NCBI GenBank assembly: GCA_048013815.1
Contig: CM106586.1
Coordinates: 1,922,001 to 1,986,000, forward strand
Reading direction: 5' to 3'
Source of the DNA: Setoptus koraiensis
Lineage: Eukaryota > Animalia > Arthropoda
DNA length: 64,000 nucleotides
Shown here: piece by piece, positions 36,828 to 48,544 of the stretch
How positions within the stretch are numbered: the first letter of the stretch is position 1
Layout: each line of letters starts with the position of its first letter
Translations under genes and position numbers: made by a program
Notes under the pieces: model-generated
Database searches by the model: none
What the model saw: only the letters and a program-made list of their open reading frames with translations
What the model was told of the DNA's origin: nothing

Positions 36828-36983
36828 AACTTTGTTTTTATCAGATTGTATTAAATTAATATTTAAACAGTTGCAAACAGTTCAAAATAGCGTCTTTATC
36901 TGAGATGTTATCTTGTTACGATTAGAATCATCTTTGACTACAGTTTAAATTTATTCTTTCTGATTTGAAACGAAGCAACGCTA

Positions 36984-38771
36984 TCACCAACACTTACAAT
37001 CCAAATGAGTCGAAGCAACTCCATCTTTACGCGATCCAATGCAGCTATCATTATTGCGGACATTGTTATTGTTACTGATTACATAATTCACGTCTATATC
37101 AACAGGATCTTCTTTTGAAACGGATATCTTACAAACTATATCATTTAATATAGCCTCGATTGCTCCCTGTTCACACCTATAACATACAAATCCTATAAGT
37201 AGTATGAGCGAGAAGATAAATGACGATCCGAGCCACATGACTACTAATGTTGTAAGGGATAAGATCTCACCCGATAACGCGTAGTAACTAGATGCTGGCA
37301 ACGTGATGATAAACATTACCAACGCTAAAATAAATAATCTTGTCTTAGACGCTTTGTTGAATTGATGATAATGGATAAGTATTTTTTGTGTTTGTTCCAT
37401 AACATGTATATTGCAAAGATGATCTTTCGAGGGTGATATGTCTTTTTCCGGCAACCACTGATTGATTGTTTCACGAAGATCACCATTTGGACCTAGAGAT
37501 TCCAGCGTCGATAAATCTCGATGTCTTCGAAGTGTTGGATGCTGATGTAACATATCATGACTAACATCGATGATTTTTAATTCAACTGCTACTGGCTCGT
37601 GATCACTCAAGGAGCATTCAGAATCTACGTCCTTACTTTTGCTTGATATTCGGTCAACAAGACAATGTCCATGAGTTAATAATCTACATAAAATAAAATC
37701 TATCCGTTTTTTCGGTGTATCATGTGCATTCTTCGAGTATAACTTTTTACTTTTATTACTAACGACAGTGTTGCTATTTTGATCTAAGCTTGCTATGTCT
37801 TTGCCAGCCTTTTTTGAGTAGGAATTTTGCATTGGTGTGAATGAGTTTCTAGGGTGACAAAATGTTATGTCTTCTTCCTCGGTATCACTTGAAGCTGAAT
37901 AATAGCTAGTGCTTGACAATGCTGAAGCCCTAGTGTCTCCCCTCTGATCTATTATAGATGTTAATTTGTGTCCATGGACAACATTTGCATGAAAATTTCT
38001 AGTGCGCGTCTTGTAACAATCGGCCAATCCAGCCATAGAGGTTAGAATTTTGTATGGTAGACCGGAAGAGGTAGAGTTCATGTCACCTGCAACTATTATC
38101 AAATCTTTTCCATGTATTTTCCTATTGCTGGCTGTATCGGTTATGAAATTTATGAACCTAGCTAATTGATATGACTGACACATTCTGTGCACTGAATATT
38201 GATCGTATATGCTCTCATTTTCACTGTAGTAGGCATGCATATGTGTGGAGAATAGATGCAGCGACAAGCCATCGAAATCGACCCGCGAATAAGCAATTCC
38301 TTTGCCAGCAAACCAGTCTCCATGCCATGGATAGAAAGGCGAACCATTCAGTGAGAACGGTTCAAAGTGTACAACCTTTGGTACCCATCGGCACAATATC
38401 ACTATACCACTGGAGCCTAAGACTGAGCCCGAGCGGTACAAATGGGCAAATTTGTATTTCTTCCTAGTTCCTTCTTTAATGCTTTCAAAATCTGAGCCGA
38501 CCCAAACCTCCTGCAAGAAAACAATATCGTAATTGTTTTCATTTAGATGACGAACAATTGCCGGCATACGCTCCTTCCTCTTCTCTGAGCCAAACCACAG
38601 ACCCCAGCAGTTGAGAGTTAGTATTTTCAATGTGAATTCTCCATCGGGCGTTGAAAGATTTGTATCATTTTGGACTCCTGAAAGATTGTTATTATCGCCA
38701 GTAGGTACATGTTGCTGTTGTATGTTGAGGGTATTAAATGTTGCTGATGTTGTATTATTATTGGTGGCCAT
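36984..38771 (-). CDS. SMPD2: Neutral sphingomyelinase (SMPD2/nSMase1-like, EEP fold), 595 aa, intronless, with a 45-aa N-terminal extension
   Basis: LKILTLNCWG, DIVFLQEVW, GSSG, GDWFAGKG, THMHA, AGDMN, KRIDFI, SDHEPV, and two C-terminal TM helices. Confidence 0.9.
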   Translation of the reverse strand: MATNNNTTSATFNTLNIQQQHVPTGDNNNLSGVQNDTNLSTPDGEFTLKILTLNCWGLWFGSEKRKERMPAIVRHLNENNYDIVFLQEVWVGSDFESIKEGTRKKYKFAHLYRSGSVLGSSGIVILCRWVPKVVHFEPFSLNGSPFYPWHGDWFAGKGIAYSRVDFDGLSLHLFSTHMHAYYSENESIYDQYSVHRMCQSYQLARFINFITDTASNRKIHGKDLIIVAGDMNSTSSGLPYKILTSMAGLADCYKTRTRNFHANVVHGHKLTSIIDQRGDTRASALSSTSYYSASSDTEEEDITFCHPRNSFTPMQNSYSKKAGKDIASLDQNSNTVVSNKSKKLYSKNAHDTPKKRIDFILCRLLTHGHCLVDRISSKSKDVDSECSLSDHEPVAVELKIIDVSHDMLHQHPTLRRHRDLSTLESLGPNGDLRETINQWLPEKDISPSKDHLCNIHVMEQTQKILIHYHQFNKASKTRLFILALVMFIITLPASSYYALSGEILSLTTLVVMWLGSSFIFSLILLIGFVCYRCEQGAIEAILNDIVCKISVSKEDPVDIDVNYVISNNNNVRNNDSCIGSRKDGVASTHLDCKCW

Positions 38772-38964
38772 ATTAGTGACTGATAAACTGTTTAATATGT
38801 AATAGATATTCTAGATGTAACCAGATTTGTAATAGTAATATATTGATAACAATATTAAAAATAATAATTGTGATTAACTAGAAAAATGTGTATCGTTTAT
38901 TTAATACATTTTGGATGCTACGCTATCTAATGTCGTGCGGTTGAGCACTTATTGCAACAGATTA
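38637..38964 (-). repeat. Duplicated 5' module, copy 2 (upstream DNA + codons 1-45 of the sphingomyelinase gene)
   Basis: Reverse complement aligns with 33166-33453; contains extra AT-rich sequence in the non-coding part. Confidence 0.9.
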
Positions 38965-41096
38965 TGGTATAATAAGTTTAATTAATGTATATATTCATCC
39001 TAGAGTGAATCCATTAGACTTTATACATTTGTCGGTGGAATAAAACAATTCGCAGAGATCCTACATTCAATTCGGAAATATTCGCTAGGGGTGCTGTTGG
39101 CGCTTTTGTTACAGATTGTTACACAACAAAACAATCAGCAATAGTATGAGAAAGGCAGTATTAGCTCACTCTTGCGGAATATCCTGGACCTAATGTGAAA
39201 AATAAGAAAAGACGCACGTTATCGACATTTTTATATAACCTATATATCAGATGGACAGGTTGATACCATCTTCAGTTACTACCCAGAGCGTCACTTTCTG
39301 TGCTTTGTGCAGCGCAGAATTCCATGTCGCTGTTCAAAAGTGAAGTAGAATCTGCGCGCTAATTCCTCAGACGCACAGACTCATTGTGCCTTTTTCGCAA
39401 AATATCCATCTCTCGCTAGCCGAGCCCTCTACCCAACCGGGTATCTCGCCTTGAAGCAACAACAAATGACCAAGGTTCCATACAAAGATAATTTTAGGAC
39501 ATTTCACAACTTTCCTGTCGTATGAAATTATTTTTCGTTGTTCGCACACTGAAAATATGCCCCCAATCAATCCTGGTCTACGGACGCTGGATAGCATGAA
39601 GCCATTACTGTGTGCCATCTCTGCGAGCTTATCGAAAGTAAGATTAATTAAGTTCAGAAGTACCCAAATAAATATTTTGTCGAATGAGAATGCCGGGAAA
39701 CAATTTCCATTGGCCAGCGGACTACTCCACCGCCGCACAGTTCACGCCACAGAATTCGGGCGATTTGATGCCGTGGGCGTTCTCAAAGACCGCTAATACC
39801 CGTTACACTATGCCGCTCGACTTGACGCATGTAAATATATACCGTATGCGCTTTTCCCGATGGCTCCCGCGTAGTTTTTTTTTATACCACCAGGAGCGCG
39901 CAGAGCGTGTCTGGATGCACACACAAGCACAAGGTGCTGCGTTAAATATTTATTTATTTTGATTCAATTCAGAATGCATTCATGACGATGAGCGTACATG
40001 TTTTTGACGCGAGGTGGCGAATCGGCTGTTCATATCGTTACGCTAACATTACCTCTTATAAGTTCACATGTTCATATTCACTGATGAACATATTCACATA
40101 TATTCATTATATGTTGACAGTGGTGTTCTCGTTGGAACACTTCGCCTATGCTCTTGATCTCATACAATTCTGTACAATAAACCATAAATCTACATGTATT
40201 TAAATCAATAGGAAATATCTTACCCAGCGTCTAGTCTATCATCTGTTTGTATGGATCAACTGTTCACACTGGATATGAAAATGCAAGTGCGCCGTCCTGG
40301 CGGATCAAGATAAAACCATGCGAGTGCTACTAGGAAAAGCACACACAGCACACATGCAGTCGTAGTTACATAATCAGGCCACGCAACAATTGAGGTGGCA
40401 CCATTAGGCAGTATCCACTACAGGTTGCGTACACACTTGAAATTCAAAGTCTGCATACTTTAGTTGAGTCGCTCTCCACGAGGTGGTTTCAGTTGATAGT
40501 GTGCTAGGCATGCCATATGCTTTTTTATTTGTTTTGATCTATCATCAACAGGCAACCATTATACAGTTCGAATCTGCAATTAATTTTTGTTTTGTATATA
40601 TAATTTTAATATATTTTTTTTATTTAATCATGCGCTTTATCGTCGATCAACATGAAACTCATATGATTTTGGGAAGGTATTGTTCTCTTCTTTTTGTCAA
40701 AGAAACAATTGCTGCGAGTAAACAATGACCACGATCATGATCAGGGGATAATTGGAAGCGCGAGCAGACGAGCGGTGTAGATATAATTGATTAAATATAG
40801 AGTAAACAAACAACAATCATAGATACAATTATAATTGGCATACATACACGATAGATGCTGATATTTGTTTGACTAAAAGCACTGTAGATCCAAGTAATCA
40901 AGTTGTAAGTGACATCTGTTGTTATATAAATATCTGTTTCGATAGATATAGACTATGAAGGTATAAGTAAGATTTCAATTGGTCTCCTTATTACAAAAAT
41001 TTAATAGATGATGTTGAGCCTTAATTGAGCATAGATAAAATAATAATACTAAGTGTCGGCGACGACAATGACAACCATATGCATCGTACGACGAGA

Positions 41097-44078
41097 CTAA
41101 GAGGAAAGACTATCGCCTTGAGACTGCGAAGTTGTCATCTCATCGGCTATAGCGGCGGCCAGCGCTCCCCCTCTACCACTGCCGTCATCGACGCCAATAA
41201 TTTTAAATGTGTGATTCGGGGCAAGTTGTTTGGTGAAGTCAGTTAACAGCTTGTGAAATTTGGGATGTTTCTTATAAACCGAACCATCAACAGCAATCAC
41301 CGTGTAGCTTCTGTTCATCCGTTTCAATAGGGCAGATAAACCTAGAGGCGCATTTAAATCAAACATAAGAAAAGCATTAATATCACCATGACTGGGCCTG
41401 GTAGCAACAAGAATGGCGACAAATGAAACATATAATTGCCAGCGCCTGTCTCTATGTGTAAGCTCACATCGATATGAGCCATATTGACATTAAACAGGTG
41501 TTTATACTTACAAGCAGCCAAGATAAGTGCGTTTCGCACAAATAAGCTAGCAACAATGAACTTGACAATCTTGACATCTTGGTTGTTGACGTCGCTATCT
41601 TCCAATTCGAAAGCAGTGCGCAAAATAAGTGACACTTGTGCCATTGAACATGATGGACTATGCATGCATATATGTATGCATGTGTATGTATGTATATATG
41701 AATGCATGTATAGAATGTTGTAGTTTTTATAAAGAGCAATAATAGAATGATGATAATAGACCGATTATAATTTCCATATAATTTCTAGAAGATGATCATT
41801 TCTATAGCTAATCTAACTAACTACAAGAGTGGGTCGTTGTCGTGTCATTCCTATGAGGACCAAACAGATCAACGTAAAGAGAGGAGAACAACAACATGTA
41901 TATCAGAAAGGTCAATTATGTTGTGACATCAACTGTCACAATGTCATTTCTATCTATCTATTTAGAGAGGCTGATAAGCATTCTTATATATGAATGACTT
42001 TTGATGTATGCGTACCTCTCTATAGCGGACGTCACGGGAGATAATAGCGAATGTTTCGTGGACATCTTTGAGGTGACTTTACCATTAAACAATATAGACT
42101 GTTGGGCAAAGTCTAGGATAACGTAACGACATATTTCCCCTAAGAAGTTTCCACCATAAAGCTTCTCGAAGCTGGCATATGACGAATGATTTAGTGGTTG
42201 TCACACATTATTATCATACGATGAGAGATTGTGAAGATAAAATAGATTAGTAAGATTAGTCAGATTAGTTACAATGGTCGTAGATAGATGTAGCAGGCGG
42301 GCCGACAACACGCTACTCATTGTGACTGTAAGTCATGTAGACAAGTGGATTTAAAATTTCATCCTTGAGATTTGAGCAGCTAAATCTATAAAGTCACAAC
42401 CTATTAGTCATGTGACAGCCAGAAGGAGCCAATAGAATGAACTCTTGTGCACGATGGAAGCTACGATAAGGTTATCGTGACTAATCACCAGCACTCGTCC
42501 AAGTTGGCGCCGTTTACTAATGACTATCGCCGCTGCCTGTTGAGTTTCAACAACGCTTGTGCAGAGATACATGGGAGTATCGTTGCAGTGAGGGTAGTAT
42601 TCCTATAATCAAGGGCCATACTAAAGGCGGTTTAACGAAAGTTAAAAAACGCCTGCGACAGGAAAACCTGTTGATATGAAACCTGTTGTTGCCGCTACCT
42701 GCAGTATAGGTGAGAAAGAGCTACGATTGATTGGTTGTTGGCCTATAGCATACTAACGTAAATGAATTAGTAAAAAGTGAATTCTTATCAACGGTCTCAT
42801 CGTATTTCGTGTGGATAAAATTGATTTTCCCATCATCGCCAAACGCTCCACATTCAATGTCAATAGCGACTTCTGGTTCGGCGACAGTATTTGCTCCCGC
42901 AGCTAAACAGCTTCCAGCTCCGCCGTTGCAATTGGGCGGCATAGTTTGTGTTTTATCACTATTATCGCCATTTCTACCACCGAATGGTTCCAAATGTGTT
43001 TGATCTGCTAGCCTAGACACCGTGGAAACTTTTTCTAGATAGCATATATTTCCACCGCTGCCAACAATCATTCCAATTGCACAATCCCTGTCGACAAATC
43101 TACCTTGCAACAATGTTCCTGTTGTATCATTCAGTATGGCTATCACTTTGATCCTCAGATGCTGTTGTACAGTAGTGTAGTCGGGGATGATGCAGTTTGT
43201 CGGTCGATGAGTATAGATTTGGAAGAAATACGCAAACAATATAGGTATGATGAGTGGATAAGTAATTTGTGTATACGGTAGATTAGTTGTGAGTTCAATA
43301 TTTGTTTGTCGAACTTGAACACTCACAAAAACAAACAGATCATTGTTACCTAGACTAACAGGTAGTTGTGTGTGTTTGTGTGCGAGTGTGTTGCATAACA
43401 ATATTAAATAATAATAAACGATTTACACACCTGAAGCCTATCAATGGCATCCTGGAGCAATTTCACCACATCCTGGCCTATAGCGTCGGGACAATCGAAA
43501 CTTTTTGTCCAGGTCAATAATATTGCCTTATCTATTGCTGTTTGATCAGTTGGAAAGGAGAAGGTAAATCCCAGCTTCAGTGGTTCGCCCGCAGAATTGA
43601 CAACAGCCAAATGGCGATCCTTTAACTTGTCGAATGATTGCACAAAATCGGATATGCATGAGGCTATAAAATCAAATAATTTTTTACATTCGCCACATCT
43701 CAATTGTTGCGGAACATCATAGAATCTGACATGGGTCTCACAATTGTCTGAATCACCATTAAATGTTGACCATAGGACACGAAAGTTGGTACTGCCTAAA
43801 TCCAATGATAGATAATCGCCGCGTTCCAATCCGTTCGGATATTGGCCAGGTATGTAGGTGTTTGCCATTAAAAATGTCGATTTGCTTGGGATGTTCTTGT
43901 TTTTGCCTAATAAACCTAGATCACATTCACGATCGAAAATTCTCTCTAGACATTCTAATTTCTCTTGATTGACCATGAATCCTTGTAGTTCGGCCTCAAC
44001 TCTTGTTTTGAGTTCCTCATCGTCGATTTTTAATTGTGGATAATGAAATTCAGAATCGGCAAGTAAATGATGTTCCAT
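41097..44078 (-). CDS. Hexokinase (single ~50 kDa domain); exons 44078-43431, 43161-42758, 42171-42016, 41657-41512, 41341-41097
   Basis: LSLDLGSTNFRV, LGFTFSFP, WTKSF, AILNDTTGTL, GMIVGSG.N.CYLE, E.GAFGD, FEKLYGG..LGE, AVDGSVYKKHP, DDGSGRGGAL. Four GT-AG introns, all phase-consistent. A further upstream exon is possible. Confidence 0.94.
41777..41980 (+). ncRNA. Weak candidate U3-like snoRNA, antisense within hexokinase intron 4 (the 42015-41658 intron, third in transcript order)
   Basis: GATCATTTCTATAG (41794-41807) equals U3 box A as recalled; ATGAGGA (41853-41859) sits at box C' spacing; GGCTGA ends at 41974. There is no clean box C, the box B match is poor, and the terminal stem is weak. 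Confidence 0.2.
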
Positions 44079-44892
44079 GATGTTGTTACTTCTGATGGTA
44101 GTTGTGGTGGTTGAAGTTTTAAAAGGTTCAAGCGGGAGCGGGTAAAAAGTAGTGAGGTAAGATAGTTGTTGTTGCTGACTGTGATATAATTATGATAATA
44201 TAGAGAGGATGTATCTAAAATAATTGTCAATATATGGTTGTTGTTGTCTATAAAGGCAAGTAAATGTGTGTGCGTGTGTGGCTTAACTAGTGATTGAGAT
44301 ATAGAGAGTGAGTGTGTGTTCAAGTGTAGCGATAATTTGTGATACACAAATGCTTGAATTAAACAGAACTGATCTAGATTACGGTTGATCGTCTTGTATA
44401 TGTTATATATATATATACGAATACACAAACATATTCATTCTACATAGATATTGGATATATATATATATGTATATAATGAGTATGAGATCCAAATAAAAAT
44501 TTATCACCGATGGTTGTTATTGTCTCACAACTCATTTGTTGAGCGGCAGCAGCAACAACAACAACAACAACAACAATGGCAGGGTGTTTTATTTTTGATG
44601 AACTAGAGTATAGCGATACCCTGGGTAAGACGATAAGAAAGGCTCATTTTTCGTATATAAAAGAAGTGTCAGAAATTTTTGCTCTTTTTTGTTATTGTTG
44701 TTCTGTGCAATTGCACAAACATCTCCAATAAATTTATTGATAATTATAACAAAATATACTTGGTATATTAATGGCAATAATAATAATAATAATAGTAGTA
44801 CTAATAGATTAGTAGTAATAATTGTTATCAATAATAATAATAAAGGTGTGTTACTAATATTTGTGTGTATATGTGTGTGTGTGAGTGTGTGG

Positions 44893-45333
44893 TTATCGAG
44901 TTAAGATCTCATCGCCTCTTTTACCAACAGGTTTACAGTATGAGTATCTATGATTCATATGCTGAGAATAGGATCCTGAATGTGAAAATCTTTTTAAGCA
45001 TTTGTTGCATTGAAAAGGTTTCTCGCCACTATGTAATCGTTTGTGTTCCTTTAGGTGATGCTTATGTTTAAATGCCTTGCCACACACATCACATTTATGG
45101 GGCCGATTGTTTGTCGCGGTGATGGTGTTGGTGTTTTTGTTATTGATGGTAGTGGTGGTGTTTTTGTTGTTAGTAATGGTGGTGGTATTTCTGTTGTTGC
45201 TGATGGTTGTGGTGATGGTCGTGCTTTTGCTGTTGGTGATGGTGGAGCCGGTTGTCGTGGTGATATTATCTAGGCGCTTTAGCGATAAATCAAGCGGCTG
45301 ATCCATGTTTAAAATGATATAATTAAATTTCAT
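44893..45333 (-). CDS. ZEB/zfh1-like C2H2 zinc-finger protein, about 146 aa: PLDLS CtBP motif + C-terminal finger cluster only
   Basis: [59 protein letters not shown] is the ZEB/zfh1 C-terminal cluster; QPLDLSLK lies upstream. A possible acceptor (CACCAG) precedes the ORF, so more 5' exons cannot be excluded. Confidence 0.85.
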   Translation of the reverse strand: MKFNYIILNMDQPLDLSLKRLDNITTTTGSTITNSKSTTITTTISNNRNTTTITNNKNTTTTINNKNTNTITATNNRPHKCDVCGKAFKHKHHLKEHKRLHSGEKPFQCNKCLKRFSHSGSYSQHMNHRYSYCKPVGKRGDEILTR

Positions 45334-48300
45334 TGTCGTTGTCTTATTGTTGTTGCTGTTGCTGTTGTCGTTGTTGACGATGTTGATGCAATGCGTTGTC
45401 TGGTGTATCGACAAAGAATCGACAAAGAATCGACAATTAAGAACAACAATATAGAGTTGTTGTGCAGTATAGTAGTAGTTGTAGAGTCGTCACAAGCGAA
45501 CTATACTGATAATTTGCGCGACAACGACGGCGACGACGACGACAACGAAAGACGACGACGACGAAAGACGCCAACTGCCTGCTACTACCAATACTCACTC
45601 ACGGTGACGGTAACTAGTGATGATGACTAACAAGATGACAAAGATGATGATGAAGATGATCGTAAAGATGGATCGCGATGATGATGGTGAAGAAGAAAGT
45701 GAGAACGATAGGTTACGCATGCGCACTAGCAAACTCACCGTTGAGGTAATGTTTTGTGTGTGTGTGTGTGTGTGTGTGCGTGTGTATAGCCTGAGAGTCT
45801 CTCAGTGTGAGAGAGTAACTACACCAAGTTATGCTAACTTGGTAGTACCAATACTAATAAATATAGTTATACCAATAGTATATATAGTTATACCGATAGA
45901 AGTGTGTGCTGCATTGGCTGGGTTCATGGAAAGGTTCGTCGTCGTCGTCGTCGTCGTCGTCGCCAAATGCGATGTGATTGCGCACAGACAGCGTTGGCGT
46001 CAGCAACAGCACACACCACGCAATCTAACGCGCTCTCTGTGCCTGTGCGCTGCTCAATGGTGCTCAATGGTGCTCAATGGCGATCAATCTGATATAATCA
46101 ACAGTGCCCAGTTTATACCAGTTATATGGCAGTTTCAGGCAGTGTATGGCGGTGTATGGCAGCGTATGCCAGTGTTAAAGATGGCACACGAACAAAAGTG
46201 GAGCACACACACATTTAGGCGTAAGAGTAACCGGGCTGGAGCAACACGAGCACAAGAGCAAGATTAGCGCACACATTGGATCGGGGGGCTCTTCCGATTG
46301 ACGGCGCGCGCGATGTGCGTCATCATCATCATCCCCCATCTCACCTTATATCATACCTTTATGTGTCGCCCAATGAACCACTACACGACACACACACGCA
46401 CACGCACACACAATCAATACCTAGGGCCGTATTGTCGTACGCCAACGACAATTGTCGCTCGAAATGGTCGCTATTGTCTCCTGTTTGCCACACACCTAAC
46501 TTTACGTTTGTACGCTCTGCTGTTGTGTGCGTGTGCCAAATAGTGTCAAACTGTTTGGCCAACGGTGACGGTGTCGGTGAACTAGTTTGCCCGTTTGCAG
46601 CCGGCACCAATCGTTCTGCAACCACCACGAGGCCGGGGCCCCCAACTTAACCGGTCGCCGTCATCAGCTGTACGGGGTCCAGGTAAGCAATAAAGCACCG
46701 GCGACGGTTACAGGAGCAAACGCGCGTTGCGGCGCGATTAACATTGTGTGTAAAGTAAAAGTGCCAGGCAAAGTAAGAGTAAAAGTGCCGAGTAAAAGTG
46801 AGTAAAGCACCATGTAAGTTTCATATGCGCGCTCTCTATTGGTGCACATGGTATACGTAGCAGTGTGCGCCGGTATAAAGAGCGTCCACAATCTAATCAC
46901 AATCAATGGTTTGCGGCTCTTACTGTTGCTGGCCAGAGAATGAACCATATCTGGCGTCACTGATAGGCACAAATTTTCGTTGGTCGCAAGCCACAAGTAT
47001 AAGCCATTTCTACCGGAACACCATACACTATGCTCGACTGTGTATACGGTAGACAGAGGAAAGGAATTGTACAGGGGCTCTCTGTGTGCTCTATCAAAAG
47101 GGCTGTGTGTGGCTGTCGCTTTCGGGTAGCGCTGGCTGCATGGCCCGTGAAGAATAGAAATAAAATAAAATAAAATAGAATAAAATAAAATAAAATAAAT
47201 TACGCTCAAAGATCGCAGCTAATGCATACTAGTGAGTGCGTTTTTATTTTGGCTGGCTCACTGGCTTGCTCGCTCGCCCGCTCGCCCGCTCGCTCAGCAG
47301 AACTATGCGACCAGCCTATATATGGCTGACTTTGAGCAATGAGCAATCAACAGCACACAGAACAAGAAGGATCAGAAGAACAAGCGAGAGAAGTAAAACA
47401 AAAGCAAGCGGTCACCATGTGTCAATGTTTAAATTGTTGATGTTAATCACAAACAAAACACTTCTTCTTGGACACACAATGAACGCCAGCAAAATGAAGC
47501 AACGCACCATGATAATATGGCACATGGTGTACACATGGTCGGCATCTGGATCGCACTTTGGCTCTCGCTCTCTCTCTTGATGAGCTCAAAGATGATGAGG
47601 AGGGGGCATTTGCGTCGGAGCTTGTTCATTAGCTGCTGTTGCCGCTTTTAGCAGTTTGCTGCTTTTAAACGACTACTATGAGCCGACACCACCAACACCA
47701 AATGCAAGCAGTTATGCGCCAGTTGCTTATGGTGGCGCTAGTGTGTCGCGCAGCATCACTTTGCAATGGATATCACTGCCATACTCTGCTCATATATACC
47801 ACCACATATCAATCTCTCCACTTTCGGTGTGTTGCTCATGTTGTTGTCGTTGTTGCCGTTGTTGTTGCTCATGTTGTTGCTGATGCCGGTGCTGCTGTTG
47901 GTGGTGGCGGTGTTGTTGCTGAGAGGCACTCATACGCGAATGTGCAATGCGGTGCAGTGTGAGAGTGAGTGAACTATATGGCAACAACAACATCAGCAGC
48001 ATCATTGGCCAATTGCAAGATAAAAATATGTCTTCATATGTCTGTGTGTGCCTGTCCATCGCCACTCTTTTTTGCACTCCGATGTGCCACAGCCATTATA
48101 TATAAACATATATATATATATATTTTATATGGCCAATGCTATGCACTTGCCGCTTCGAGTTAGCATTGGCATAGGTACTAATGCAGTACTATATAGACAA
48201 GTGCATGGTCGGCCGGTTGATATTTATTTGCTTTCCAGTTTGTTTGTACTGTAAGTTCACTTTATACTGCAGCAGCGGTGTACCTGTGGCGCCTTTATAG

Positions 48301-48544
48301 GTGCCACAGGCAAAAGTCCACTAGCGCCACCTGTCATAGACTACAGCTAGAAAAGAAAAAAATCATTTTCAAATACCGCGCCATCACTACTAAAGCCAGT
48401 TGTGCGCCACTTGTTGTTATTGAAAAGAAAACACGCACCGGCCCAATATTGGCCGCCTAAATCTAACCCAATTCGCTAGTCAACAGCTTTATTGAAACAA
48501 TTATCGGTGCAAATTCATCTCACACCACACACTAAACACTCTTG

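Noticed and set aside
45400-48500. Numerous short ORFs and small tandem repeats (TGCTCAATGG x3 at about 46051, (AATAA)n at about 47155, (GT)n, (CGT)n)
   Set aside because: Low-complexity non-coding DNA; repeats too short and without unique spacers, so not CRISPR-like.
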